Of a stretch of DNA of 64,000 nt, positions 38,536-49,223 are shown one piece after another. The notes below the pieces were generated by a model, which was not told where the DNA came from, searched no databases, and saw only the letters and a program-made list of their open reading frames with translations. This DNA is from a bacterium (GTDB lineage Bacteria; Patescibacteriota; Minisyncoccia; Phycocordibacterales; UBA5272). Both the position numbers and the translations under genes were made by a program. The stretch covers positions 55,426-119,425 of the forward strand of contig JAHFNC010000002.1 in assembly GCA_023267535.1 (NCBI GenBank), in the 5' to 3' direction. Position 1 is the first letter of the stretch; every line of letters begins with the position of its first letter.

Positions 38536-39249
38536 ATGAAGAATTATTTTTTAAAAATAAATAAAAAAATAAACAAAAGAAAAGTTAAGGCTTTCACCCT
38601 AATTGAGCTTATGATGTCTGTGTCTATTTTTTCTTTTTTAATTCTTTTGGCTGTCGGTTCACTATTTTTAGCGCAAAGTATTAGCGTTAAAGTTTCTGGA
38701 ACACAGACAGTTATTGATGAAGTTAACTTAAGCATTGAGATGGTAACTAGAGAAATGCGTTATGCTAATAGTTTCCACTGTGTAAAATATACCGATAATG
38801 ATCCATATACATATTCTGACAAAGCTCCATTATTTGATCCGCAAGACTGTAAAAACAACGATATGGGAGGAACAGGAATTGTTTTTAGGAGAAATAACGA
38901 CTCGCAAAATAACGACACTAGAATCGGGTATTACTTAGATAAAAAGGATAGTGCTATTTATAAGCTTTCCTATGTTCGTAATGCAGACAACTCAATTAGT
39001 GTCACCAGACTTCGTGTAACTTCGCAGAATATAAAAATAAATAATGTCTCTTTCTTTGTATCTGGTTCTGCTCCTAGTAATGGGTCAGGGTCTACAGATA
39101 ACGATCAGCCACTTGTAACTATCTTGGTGTCAGGGTCATCAATTGAAAGTACAAATAAAGGAAATGCTATTTTAAATATAGGTACTGGTAAAATAAATCA
39201 TGTTCAATTCAACGTTCAAACTAGTGTTTCTCAAAGACTGGCCGGATAA
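38536..39249 (+). CDS. Minor pilin / pseudopilin
   Basis: The prepilin signal ...KAFTLIELMMSVSIF. Confidence 0.65.
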   Translation: MKNYFLKINKKINKRKVKAFTLIELMMSVSIFSFLILLAVGSLFLAQSISVKVSGTQTVIDEVNLSIEMVTREMRYANSFHCVKYTDNDPYTYSDKAPLFDPQDCKNNDMGGTGIVFRRNNDSQNNDTRIGYYLDKKDSAIYKLSYVRNADNSISVTRLRVTSQNIKINNVSFFVSGSAPSNGSGSTDNDQPLVTILVSGSSIESTNKGNAILNIGTGKINHVQFNVQTSVSQRLAG

Positions 39250-39252
39250 TAT

Positions 39253-39972
39253 ATGATAAAAAAGATTACAAAAATTATAAATAAGAGACAAGTAAGATCA
39301 TTTACTCTAATAGAGACTTTGGTTTCTGTTTTAATTGTTACTATTGTTATTTCAGGACCTATTGCCGTAGCTATTTCATCTTTGGGCTATGCCAGACTTT
39401 CCAAAGATCAGCTAGAATCTATGTATTTAGCTGAAGAAGCGACGGAATTATTACACAATGAGCAAGATTCAATTTTCTTACGATGTATGAATAAAGATTA
39501 CTCCAACTGCGTTATGTCAGGTAATGATAGATCTCCGCGTGACGCTGCATGGAGAATTTTTAAAGAAAGACTTCAAGGTTTGCCAACCGGAGTGGGTCCT
39601 TCTTGTTTTGATAGTGATAATTCATTTTGTGCTTTCGATATGGTTTCTATGGGAGAAAATAATAAAGATAATCCTCCTACAAAATACTCAACTGACCCGC
39701 TAGTGAATGGCAATTGTAGTTATTTATATTTTGATGGAAGTAATAATGGGGACAAAACAAACGGTTTGTATCTATGTCAGACAAACGCCGGCGTTAATTT
39801 TACAAGATCAAAATATAAAAGATATGTCCAAATGAAATCTTCGGCGTCAGGAAATTCTTATGATGATCTTTATAACAATGACTTAAGAGCAGTTGTGACT
39901 GTTTCTTATCAATCATATACTGGATATATTAAATCATTTAAGTTAGTTGATTATTTCCACGCGGGTTCATAA
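39253..39972 (+). CDS. Minor pilin / pseudopilin
   Basis: The prepilin signal ...RSFTLIETLVSVLIV. Confidence 0.65.
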   Translation: MIKKITKIINKRQVRSFTLIETLVSVLIVTIVISGPIAVAISSLGYARLSKDQLESMYLAEEATELLHNEQDSIFLRCMNKDYSNCVMSGNDRSPRDAAWRIFKERLQGLPTGVGPSCFDSDNSFCAFDMVSMGENNKDNPPTKYSTDPLVNGNCSYLYFDGSNNGDKTNGLYLCQTNAGVNFTRSKYKRYVQMKSSASGNSYDDLYNNDLRAVVTVSYQSYTGYIKSFKLVDYFHAGS

Positions 39973-39974
39973 TT

Positions 39975-40637
39975 ATGAGTATAAAAATTTTTTTAAAAAA
40001 TAAAATAAAAGGAGATTCAAAGAAAAAAGGTTTTATACTCCCAATGACTTTAGTTGTTTGCTCTATTATTCTCGCTATCTCGTCTGGTATTTCAATCATT
40101 CTTTTGCAAGGAATGCTTTTCTCAAGACTTTCTCGCAGTAGTCAGATTGCTTATTACACTGCGGACGTTGGTATGATGTGTGCCATATCAATAGATGATT
40201 CTTTCGTTGATTCACAAACTGGTATTGGTATTTTTCCATATGACCCAAACGAAGTAATTACTGCTACTAGCACATTAGGAAATATAAGTGGCACCGATAA
40301 CGGCACTGTTAATTTTTGGAGAGTGGCTGACGGACTTCCGGGGCTTGCACTTTCTGACGTAAAATGTGCTTCAGCCCCAATGTTCGCATCTAGTGCAGAA
40401 TTTAAAGTTGAACCTTTCTCAAGACTTTTGAAAGATGGAATAACTACAGAAAATGGTAAGTCTTCAACTTTCAAAATGAAAATAGATTTTAGTGATGGAA
40501 CATATCGTTGTGCAGTGGTGACAGTTAGTAAGACTTCAAGCTATAGAAGAATAATCTCAAGAGGATTAACCTCTTGCACCAATACTGGCAGTTTTGTTCT
40601 AGAAAGAGCAATTGTGAATATCACTCAAGAAAATTAG
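39975..40637 (+). CDS. PilX-like minor pilin
   Basis: KKGFILPMTLVVCSIILAI N-terminal prepilin-like segment. Confidence 0.5.
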   Translation: MSIKIFLKNKIKGDSKKKGFILPMTLVVCSIILAISSGISIILLQGMLFSRLSRSSQIAYYTADVGMMCAISIDDSFVDSQTGIGIFPYDPNEVITATSTLGNISGTDNGTVNFWRVADGLPGLALSDVKCASAPMFASSAEFKVEPFSRLLKDGITTENGKSSTFKMKIDFSDGTYRCAVVTVSKTSSYRRIISRGLTSCTNTGSFVLERAIVNITQEN

Positions 40638-40667
40638 TGTTTTTCTTAATCGTTTTGTAAGTTATAA

Positions 40668-42674
<2,007 letters not shown>

Positions 42675-42693
42675 TGATATAATTCTTGATAAT

Positions 42694-42978
42694 ATGGAAT
42701 TCACCGAAAAGGATTTGGATAACTTAAGCGAGCTTGCCAGAATTACAATTAAGCCCGAAGAGAAAGGAAAGATGCTTCAAGATATGAAGGCGATTTTGGT
42801 TTATGTCTCAGAAATCAACTCTGTTTCTGGTGATGTAGTCAGAGAAAAAGAAATTCATTACAACATTGTTCGTGAAGATGTGGTCACAAGGGAAGTCGGA
42901 GCTGAAACCGAAGCGTTACTTCACGAGGCACCAGCTGTCGAAGACGGGTTTGTTAAAGTGTCACAAGTATTAAAATAG
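42694..42978 (+). CDS. gatC: Glutamyl/aspartyl-tRNA amidotransferase subunit C
   Basis: A 94-aa GatC-like ORF (LARITIKPEEKGKMLQDMKAILVYVSEIN), immediately upstream of gatA. Confidence 0.75.
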   Translation: MEFTEKDLDNLSELARITIKPEEKGKMLQDMKAILVYVSEINSVSGDVVREKEIHYNIVREDVVTREVGAETEALLHEAPAVEDGFVKVSQVLK

Positions 42979-42981
42979 TTT

Positions 42982-44391
42982 ATGAATAAAACATTAAAAG
43001 AATTACAAGAAGAGTTGAAGAGTAAAAAAACTAGTGTCAAAGAACTGGTGAATAGTTATATTGAAGTTATAAAAAGTAATGCCGACATAAATGCCACTTT
43101 AGGATTTTATTCTGATAAATTAATTAATGAACAAATAAAAAAAGCAGAAGAATTATTTGCTAACGGTAAAGATACAGCTTTAACTGGTATTCCAATTGTG
43201 ATTAAAGACAACATAATGGTAAAAGGCGAGAAGGCTACAGCCGCTTCAAAAATTTTAGAAAATTTTACAGCTACATATGATGCTACCGTCATTAAGAAAT
43301 TAAAAGAAGCGGGCGCGGTGATGATTGCACGAGCGAATATGGACGAATTTGCTATGGGTGGTTCAACAGAAAACTCAGCCTTTGGTGTGGTAAAAAATCC
43401 ACACGATAAAAGTCGTGTTGCAGGAGGCTCGTCCGGTGGGTCAGCGGCAGTTGTTTCCTATGGTGGAGCACCGATCTCGCTTGGCTCTGATACTGGTGGG
43501 TCAATTCGCCAGCCAGCATCTTTGTGTGGTGTGGTTGGGCTTAAAACCACTTACGGTGGCGTTTCTAGATACGGAGTGATGGCAATGGGTAGTTCGCTTG
43601 ATCAAATTGGTCCATTTGGAAATTCAGTGGAAGATGTTGAGAATGTTTATAACATAATTTCTGGGTATGATAATTTAGACAGCACTTCACTAACAAAAGA
43701 AGAGAGAATCAAGGAGCAAGAATCAGGAATAAAGAAAAAAATTGGCATACCAAGAAAATTTATTGAACGCGAGGGGGTTGATAAAGAAGTTCTAAAGAAT
43801 TTTAATGAGACGATTGAAAAATTAAAAGCAGACGGTTATGAAATAATTGATGTTGATATTAAAGATGTAGAAAAAGCATTGTCTGTTTATTATGTGGTGG
43901 TTTGTGCCGAAGTGTCATCTAATATGGCACGATATGACGGCATCCGTTATGGATTATCAGTGCCTGATGTAAATGTTATCAAAGGATATTTCAAAACAAA
44001 AACTGAAGGATTTGGTGGAGAGGTGCGCAGGAGAATTTTACTTGGTACTTATGTTTTGTCATCTGGTTATTACGATGCTTATTACAACAAAGCCAATCTA
44101 GTGCGCGAGATGTTAAAAAAAGAATTTGCAAAAGTCTTTCAAGATGTAGATGTTATCGCTACACCAACTTCCCCAATACCAGCTTTTAAGATTGGAGAAA
44201 AATCTCAAGACCCACTCGCTATGTATTTGGCCGACATATTTACTGTGCCAGTTAACATAGTCGGCGTGCCAGCAATTTCAGTTCCATCGGGAAAAACAGA
44301 CTCTGGGCTTCCACTTGGAATACAATTTATCGCGCCACACAATAGAGAAGATATTTTATTCACTTACGGAAAAGAGGTAGAGAAGATATAA
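42982..44391 (+). CDS. gatA: Glutamyl/aspartyl-tRNA amidotransferase subunit A
   Basis: Amidase signature GGSSGGSAAVVS and the Ser-cisSer-Lys triad context. Confidence 0.9.
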   Translation: MNKTLKELQEELKSKKTSVKELVNSYIEVIKSNADINATLGFYSDKLINEQIKKAEELFANGKDTALTGIPIVIKDNIMVKGEKATAASKILENFTATYDATVIKKLKEAGAVMIARANMDEFAMGGSTENSAFGVVKNPHDKSRVAGGSSGGSAAVVSYGGAPISLGSDTGGSIRQPASLCGVVGLKTTYGGVSRYGVMAMGSSLDQIGPFGNSVEDVENVYNIISGYDNLDSTSLTKEERIKEQESGIKKKIGIPRKFIEREGVDKEVLKNFNETIEKLKADGYEIIDVDIKDVEKALSVYYVVVCAEVSSNMARYDGIRYGLSVPDVNVIKGYFKTKTEGFGGEVRRRILLGTYVLSSGYYDAYYNKANLVREMLKKEFAKVFQDVDVIATPTSPIPAFKIGEKSQDPLAMYLADIFTVPVNIVGVPAISVPSGKTDSGLPLGIQFIAPHNREDILFTYGKEVEKI

Positions 44392-44477
44392 TTAAAATAA
44401 GCTCTAATTTAGGCTTTTAGTTTCTTGCTTAACATTTGCTTGCCCCGCTATGGCGGTGGTAAATTAAAACTAACTTA

Positions 44478-45782
44478 ATGTATTCTCTTTCAATCGATTA
44501 CATCTTCAATAGAATTTATGACGGACTACTTTGGATAAAGTATTTTATTGTTTTTGTGATAATGAGGACTAAACCCGAAGATTATATAAAACAAAGAGAA
44601 AATGTTTCTTGGGACGGATTACGTGACCGCGGTTGGATTGATAATTTAGTTGCTAAAAACAGTGCGAACACTTCAACATTTACTTCAAATAATATTTTAA
44701 CTACTGGACCAAATGCGTTATCTCAGGCTCAGGTAAAAGAAATGTTCCAAGCTGATTATAGTATTGGAGATAAAATAAGAGATTGGTTTGGTATTGGCCC
44801 TAAAGATTCTGATGGCGACGGCGTGCCTGATAGTTATGAAAACGCACATCATTTAAATCCAAATGACCCGGACACTGACCACGACGGAGTTTCTGATTAT
44901 CAAGAGTTAATACGAGGAACTGACCCACTTAATAATGACACCGACGGCGACGGAGTTTTAGACGGACGTGATGAGGCTCCTCTTGACCCGCATGTCTCTG
45001 CCACCACTTTGGATACCGACAGTGACGGTATTTCAGATAAAATGGAAGCATTTCTAGGAACTGACCCACACAACAGAGATACTGATGGTGACGGCATTCC
45101 TGATGGTATGGATACTTATCCGCTTGATCCAACCAACACCGAGACACATAATTTCAAATTGCCGGACGATGTAACCGCTCTTCATTTATCAATTCATAAT
45201 CCTGTATTTTCATTTTTATCTGACGTGCTATCTATTGTCGCGATTTTTGTAATTATATTTTTGATCTACGTGCTAATGATGTGGTTTATAAATTATTCAT
45301 CAGCAATGAATAGTTACGAAAAAAGATTTGAAAAGAAGAAAGATGAAAGAGAAAAGAAAGAAGAGAAAAAAGCAGACGAAGTAAAAGAAATGCCAGCAGG
45401 AATTGAAGGACTACCTGTTATGGAAGAGGTTAAGGAAGAAATTGATGAGGAAATCAAAGCTGAAATAATAAATGAAAATGCTCGCTGGGAAATTATCAAT
45501 AGATATATGGATAGTGCGATTGAAGATTTGTGGCGTATTGGAATTATGGAGGCGGATAATATGCTTCGTGAAGTTTTGACAGAGAAAGGGTATCAAGGGG
45601 CAGACGTCGGCGAAATGCTAACCAATGCTAACTTTAATACTATTCAAATGGCGTGGGATGCCCATAAGATTCGCAATCGTATTGCCCATGAAGGAAGTGG
45701 TTTTGTTTTAACAGAAAGAGAAGCAAGAAAAGCGCATAATTTATACGAAGCCGTCTTTAGAGAATTAAGAGCTATACAATAA
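44478..45782 (+). CDS. Membrane protein with extracellular thrombospondin-type-3-like Ca-binding repeats, TM helix, K/E-rich coil and C-terminal HEPN-like (HepT/DUF86-type) domain
   Basis: Repeated D.D.DGV.D..E / [10 protein letters not shown] motifs, the [23 protein letters not shown], then [17 protein letters not shown], then IRNRIAHEG (Rx4H; close to the HepT RNxxxHxY signature). Confidence 0.5.
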   Translation: MYSLSIDYIFNRIYDGLLWIKYFIVFVIMRTKPEDYIKQRENVSWDGLRDRGWIDNLVAKNSANTSTFTSNNILTTGPNALSQAQVKEMFQADYSIGDKIRDWFGIGPKDSDGDGVPDSYENAHHLNPNDPDTDHDGVSDYQELIRGTDPLNNDTDGDGVLDGRDEAPLDPHVSATTLDTDSDGISDKMEAFLGTDPHNRDTDGDGIPDGMDTYPLDPTNTETHNFKLPDDVTALHLSIHNPVFSFLSDVLSIVAIFVIIFLIYVLMMWFINYSSAMNSYEKRFEKKKDEREKKEEKKADEVKEMPAGIEGLPVMEEVKEEIDEEIKAEIINENARWEIINRYMDSAIEDLWRIGIMEADNMLREVLTEKGYQGADVGEMLTNANFNTIQMAWDAHKIRNRIAHEGSGFVLTEREARKAHNLYEAVFRELRAIQ

Positions 45783-45792
45783 TTTTGGAAAT

Positions 45793-45834
45793 AAAAAACG
45801 CAATCAATTAACTAATTGATTGCGTTTGTGTTTA
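45793..45834. terminator. Bidirectional terminator between convergent genes
   Basis: acgcaatcaatta-ac-taattgattgcgt with an A-run upstream and a T-run downstream. Confidence 0.65.
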
Positions 45835-46635
45835 TCTATTCTTTGCTCTATTTATAAAAACAAAAGCAGGAATTTCGTAGGGGTAGGGGTTTGCATCCCC
45901 AATGGACACGCTTATGCGAGCTGGCTCTTCTTGTTCCGGCCAGTAATGACCATGTTGTTGAGCAAACACCGGCTTCCCTTCAGCGTTTAATCCAACACAA
46001 ACCAAGAAATGAAAATCAGTATACGCTCCTCTGTAAAACATATCTTTTATTTCTTCAGGTGGAAGCGATACAACCTTTTTTGCTTTACAGGTTTCAAGAA
46101 ATCCTTTTCCTTGGTGAGTTAGTTTTTTGTGTCTAACGTATCTATTCCTTCCTTTGTTTTTTGAAAGTCTAGTTCTATTTATAGGATGGTAATAGAGAAG
46201 ACAAAGCATATCTCCCACCACTATTTTTTGTCCGTTGTAGGTGGTCATCCTTTGTGTCAAAACCAAATTTCTGTCAGGGGTAACACACTCGGTAAATTCA
46301 CCTGTTATAAGGTAGTTGGCAAAAGAAGCGCAGTTTGTTCTTTTTTTACCGTAGAATTTTGCGAAATAATCGGCAATTCTGCCAGAAATTTTTTTATCTT
46401 TTATTATTCTAATAAATCTTTCCTGGAAGCCGTTTAGTTCCTGAGTGGCATCACAAATCATATGATGTGCCTCTTTGTCGAGGGGGACATCTCTAATTTT
46501 GACGATAATACGACCACGACAATCTCTGACAGTGTGTCCAGTTCTGGTTTCTTTTGAATACAGGGGATGCATTTGAAATGCAGACCCGGCACCATTAAGA
46601 CTAGAAAGGAAATAAGAAAAGTTTTGAATGTACAC
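45832..46635 (-). CDS. Hypothetical protein, possibly a papain-fold/transglutaminase-like thiol enzyme (GTG start)
   Basis: A 267-aa ORF with a TNCASFANY (C-x-x-F-A) motif and a downstream His (DFHFLVCVG), an SD-like aaaggaaaaa upstream, and GC-richer composition. The family is not recognised. Confidence 0.4.
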   Translation of the reverse strand: MYIQNFSYFLSSLNGAGSAFQMHPLYSKETRTGHTVRDCRGRIIVKIRDVPLDKEAHHMICDATQELNGFQERFIRIIKDKKISGRIADYFAKFYGKKRTNCASFANYLITGEFTECVTPDRNLVLTQRMTTYNGQKIVVGDMLCLLYYHPINRTRLSKNKGRNRYVRHKKLTHQGKGFLETCKAKKVVSLPPEEIKDMFYRGAYTDFHFLVCVGLNAEGKPVFAQQHGHYWPEQEEPARISVSIGDANPYPYEIPAFVFINRAKNR

Positions 46636-46729
46636 GATTTTTCCTTTACAGAAAAGACTGTTTGGATTCTAACACAGAAATAAAATGTGTAAATATCCGA
46701 TTGTTCGAATTCGTAATTTTTGTTTTATG

Positions 46730-46803
46730 CGCAGTCGACCGGGCTTGAACCGGCAACCTTCCGCGTGACAGGCGGATGCTCTAACCAGTTGAGCTACGAC
46801 TGC
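46730..46803 (-). tRNA. tRNA-Asp (anticodon GTC)
   Basis: Hand-folded: acceptor GCAGTCG/CGACTGC, D-arm GCTC...GAGC, anticodon loop CTGTCAC, T-arm GCCGG-TTCAAGC-CCGGT. Confidence 0.75.
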
Positions 46804-46874
46804 AGGTTGTTTTACTTTTTAATTTTTGTATTTTATCAAAAAAATACATTCCGCGCACTTGATGTGCAAACGGG

Positions 46875-46948
46875 TGTCGGCGGGAGGGATCGAACCTCCG
46901 ACCTAAGGCTTATGAGTCCTTCGCTCTAACCAACTGAGCTACGCCGAC
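46875..46948 (-). tRNA. tRNA-Met or tRNA-Ile2 (anticodon CAT, elongator-type, G1:C72)
   Basis: Acceptor GTCGGCG/CGCCGAC, anticodon loop CTCATAA, T-arm GGAGG-TTCGATC-CCTCC. Confidence 0.7.
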
Positions 46949-47048
46949 ATATTTACTATTATTATATATTTACTTTTCAAACACTAACACGCAAGCGCCC
47001 GCCACTATGTGGCGGGCGCTTGATTTTGCTTGTCACATAGCATTCTTG

Positions 47049-47119
47049 TTGCGGAGACCAGAATCGAACTGGTGTCCCAAGGTTATGAGCCTTGTGAGTT
47101 ACCTCTACTCTACTCCGCT
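47049..47119 (-). tRNA. Initiator-type tRNA-fMet (anticodon CAT) with A1xA72 mismatch
   Basis: AGCGGAG...CTCCGCA-A acceptor (mismatched 1:72 pair), A11:T24, anticodon loop CTCATAA, discriminator A. The architecture parallels E. coli tRNA-fMet. The plus-strand ORF 47007..47378 is an artefact. Confidence 0.65.
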
Positions 47120-47226
47120 ATATTATATTCTAAAACTGCATAAAGTTATGTATGTCCGTCACATAACCTTGGAGGTTATTCGCACTATAGTTCTTTTGGA
47201 GTTACCTCTACTCTACTCCGCTATAT
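47096..47226. repeat. 29-bp exact direct repeat of the initiator tRNA 5' portion (47096..47124 and 47198..47226), plus an inverted anticodon-arm fragment at about 47150..47165
   Basis: gagttacctctactctactccgctatatt occurs twice. cataaccttgg is the reverse complement of the tRNA segment ccaaggttatg. Confidence 0.7.
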
Positions 47227-47519
47227 TTTGTTTTGAAACTAACTCCCTTATACCTGTTAAGACGTCACCAAACACAATAAAATACAAAGATTTTATGAAG
47301 CAAATAATAACACACAATTACACAAAAAACAATCACCAAATTACCTCCTTTTTTCTTACTTGTCTCGTCAATCTGTAAATGATAATATTTTGTAAGCACT
47401 TTCGATTTTTTGGTGTGGAGGGATAATGACGACAGATAATATGGTCGTCACGCTGTGGAGCCTGTCGTAGTGTCAGGCGGTTGCAGGAAGCAACTAACCT
47501 CATCCCAGTGAAAAATATT

Positions 47520-47689
47520 ACCGCCACAATACCAAGCTTGAGCTTGATGAAGGACGCGGCACTCTGCGATAAGCTTCGGGGAGTCGAGAAGCAGGCTTTG
47601 ATCCGAAGATGTCCGAATGGGGAAACCCGACCAGAAATGGTCAGCCGAAAGTAGTGGCGAGCGAAATTGGCGGAGTTCAAGTCTTACAA
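47520..47689 (+). rRNA. Orphan 23S rRNA 5'-end-like fragment (about 170 nt, truncated)
   Basis: GATGAAGGACGcggcactCTGCGATAAGCttcgg...tCCGAATGGGGAAACCCga...GTAGTGGCGAGCGAAA matches conserved 23S domain I elements (E. coli positions about 45-215, with an internal deletion). There is no continuation, and a terminator follows. Confidence 0.5.
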
Positions 47690-47720
47690 ATGACCAACAG
47701 AGATGTTGGTCATTTTTTTA
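47690..47720 (+). terminator. Rho-independent terminator closing the 23S-like fragment
   Basis: atgaccaaca-gagat-gttggtcat followed by TTTTTTT. Confidence 0.7.
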
Positions 47721-47761
47721 TGACTAAATCCAATTAATCAAAAATGATATAATCTCAATAT

Positions 47762-48208
47762 ATGAATGAGCCGATTTTATTCTATGAGCACGAATATTAT
47801 TTTCTTTCTAATTTTTCGGCTTTTGCTGTTCTGTGGAAAGGGAAACTTTACATGACTTCTGAACACGTGTATCAAGCAGAGAAATTTGAAGATGAAAATA
47901 TAAAAGAGGAAATAAAAAATACAAGGTCGGCCCACGATTCTAAAAAACTTGCCTCAGAATATAAAGATAAATATAGAAAAGATTGGGATGATGTAAAGCT
48001 TGGAATAATGAAAGAAATTTTATGCGAAAAAGTAAATCAACATCCTTATGTAAAAAAGAAACTTTTAGAGTCAGGTGAAAGACTACTTGTTGAAGATTCT
48101 TGGCGAGATGATTTTTGGGGTTGGGGTCCAAACAAAGACGGAGCCAATCACTTAGGAAAACTTTGGATGGAAGTCAGAAAAGAGTTTAAAGATGCTGAAG
48201 AAAAATAA
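47762..48208 (+). CDS. NADAR-domain protein (YbiA-like)
   Basis: FY....LSNFS.F.....G..Y.TSEHVYQAEKF......I......A........R.DW..VK...M..L..KV.QH.....LL.SG...LVEDS..D.FWG.G..G.G.N.LG..LM.VR is a full-length NADAR signature. Leaderless start. Confidence 0.75.
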   Translation: MNEPILFYEHEYYFLSNFSAFAVLWKGKLYMTSEHVYQAEKFEDENIKEEIKNTRSAHDSKKLASEYKDKYRKDWDDVKLGIMKEILCEKVNQHPYVKKKLLESGERLLVEDSWRDDFWGWGPNKDGANHLGKLWMEVRKEFKDAEEK

Positions 48209-48276
48209 AAAGATATGTTTGGTGATTAAATCTCATTAATATTGTTAATCTTACAAAATAGGAGTAACATAATTTT

Positions 48277-49203
48277 ATGGAATATGACAGTAATATTTTC
48301 ATAAGAAAGTTTAATGTTGAGGCGCAAGGGTTTTATGATATAACCCCATATATTGATGGCTCTATTGGGTTTTCTTTCAAAAAAAGATTAAATGAAAATG
48401 ATATAAATAAAGTCTCATTATTTTGTATTTATATTTTTAAAAATGTATTTGAGGATGACTCAATAACAAAGAAACCATTAAATATTTATGCTTACTATGG
48501 AGAAGAAAAAGAAGGAGGGGTTTCTTTACAACCCACACTAAGTAATTTATCTGAACCGCTCAACGCAACTTTTTTAGATGAGTATTTTTATAATCCTAAG
48601 GAAGATAAGTTTTATAAAGAAAGTGAAGAGATATCAGAAAAGGTTTTGATAAGAGAAATTTATGAGAAGCATATTAAAAACACAAAGCCTATAATAGGTT
48701 TTTTCCTAAGAGTAAAAATAAGATTTTGGAGAGATTTTTTAAGGTTATTTTTTGTTTTTCTTTCAAAAATATTTTATTACTTGTTGTTTATAATCTCAGG
48801 TGACAAATATACTTACGAGTATCTTTTTGAAGAAGAAACTCTTAATGGTGAAATTATTAAATCTAAATTATCTAGATTTAGAAATATTAATGACAAAGAC
48901 ATAAAAGAAACTAAAAAAGAAGGTAAAAAAATTGATTTTTTCGGCCTTAGGGTATCGCAATGGTCGATTGTATTTTATTCTTTTTTACATTTGAGTTTAT
49001 ATTCTGTGGTTGTATATAAGAAATATTATTCCATTTTTTATCTTATTTTATGGAAAATTCTACAAAATAACTTTTTGACCGTTGTTTATGCTATTTTTAC
49101 ATTTTGGGTGATTGAAATACCAATTCCATACATATTAAGGAGATTAATAAAATATAACTCAGGATTATCAGCTAAATGTCATTATAAAGAAATCAAACTT
49201 TAG
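48277..49203 (+). CDS. Hypothetical membrane protein, very AT-rich
   Basis: A soluble N-terminal region of about 140 aa followed by several TM helices. K/I/F/Y-rich. No family recognised. Confidence 0.4.
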   Translation: MEYDSNIFIRKFNVEAQGFYDITPYIDGSIGFSFKKRLNENDINKVSLFCIYIFKNVFEDDSITKKPLNIYAYYGEEKEGGVSLQPTLSNLSEPLNATFLDEYFYNPKEDKFYKESEEISEKVLIREIYEKHIKNTKPIIGFFLRVKIRFWRDFLRLFFVFLSKIFYYLLFIISGDKYTYEYLFEEETLNGEIIKSKLSRFRNINDKDIKETKKEGKKIDFFGLRVSQWSIVFYSFLHLSLYSVVVYKKYYSIFYLILWKILQNNFLTVVYAIFTFWVIEIPIPYILRRLIKYNSGLSAKCHYKEIKL

Positions 49204-49223
49204 CTTTCAAATCAAGAAATATC

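Noticed and set aside
47007-47378. 123-aa plus-strand ORF
   Set aside because: It overlaps the initiator tRNA and its fragment repeats. It has no coding signal.
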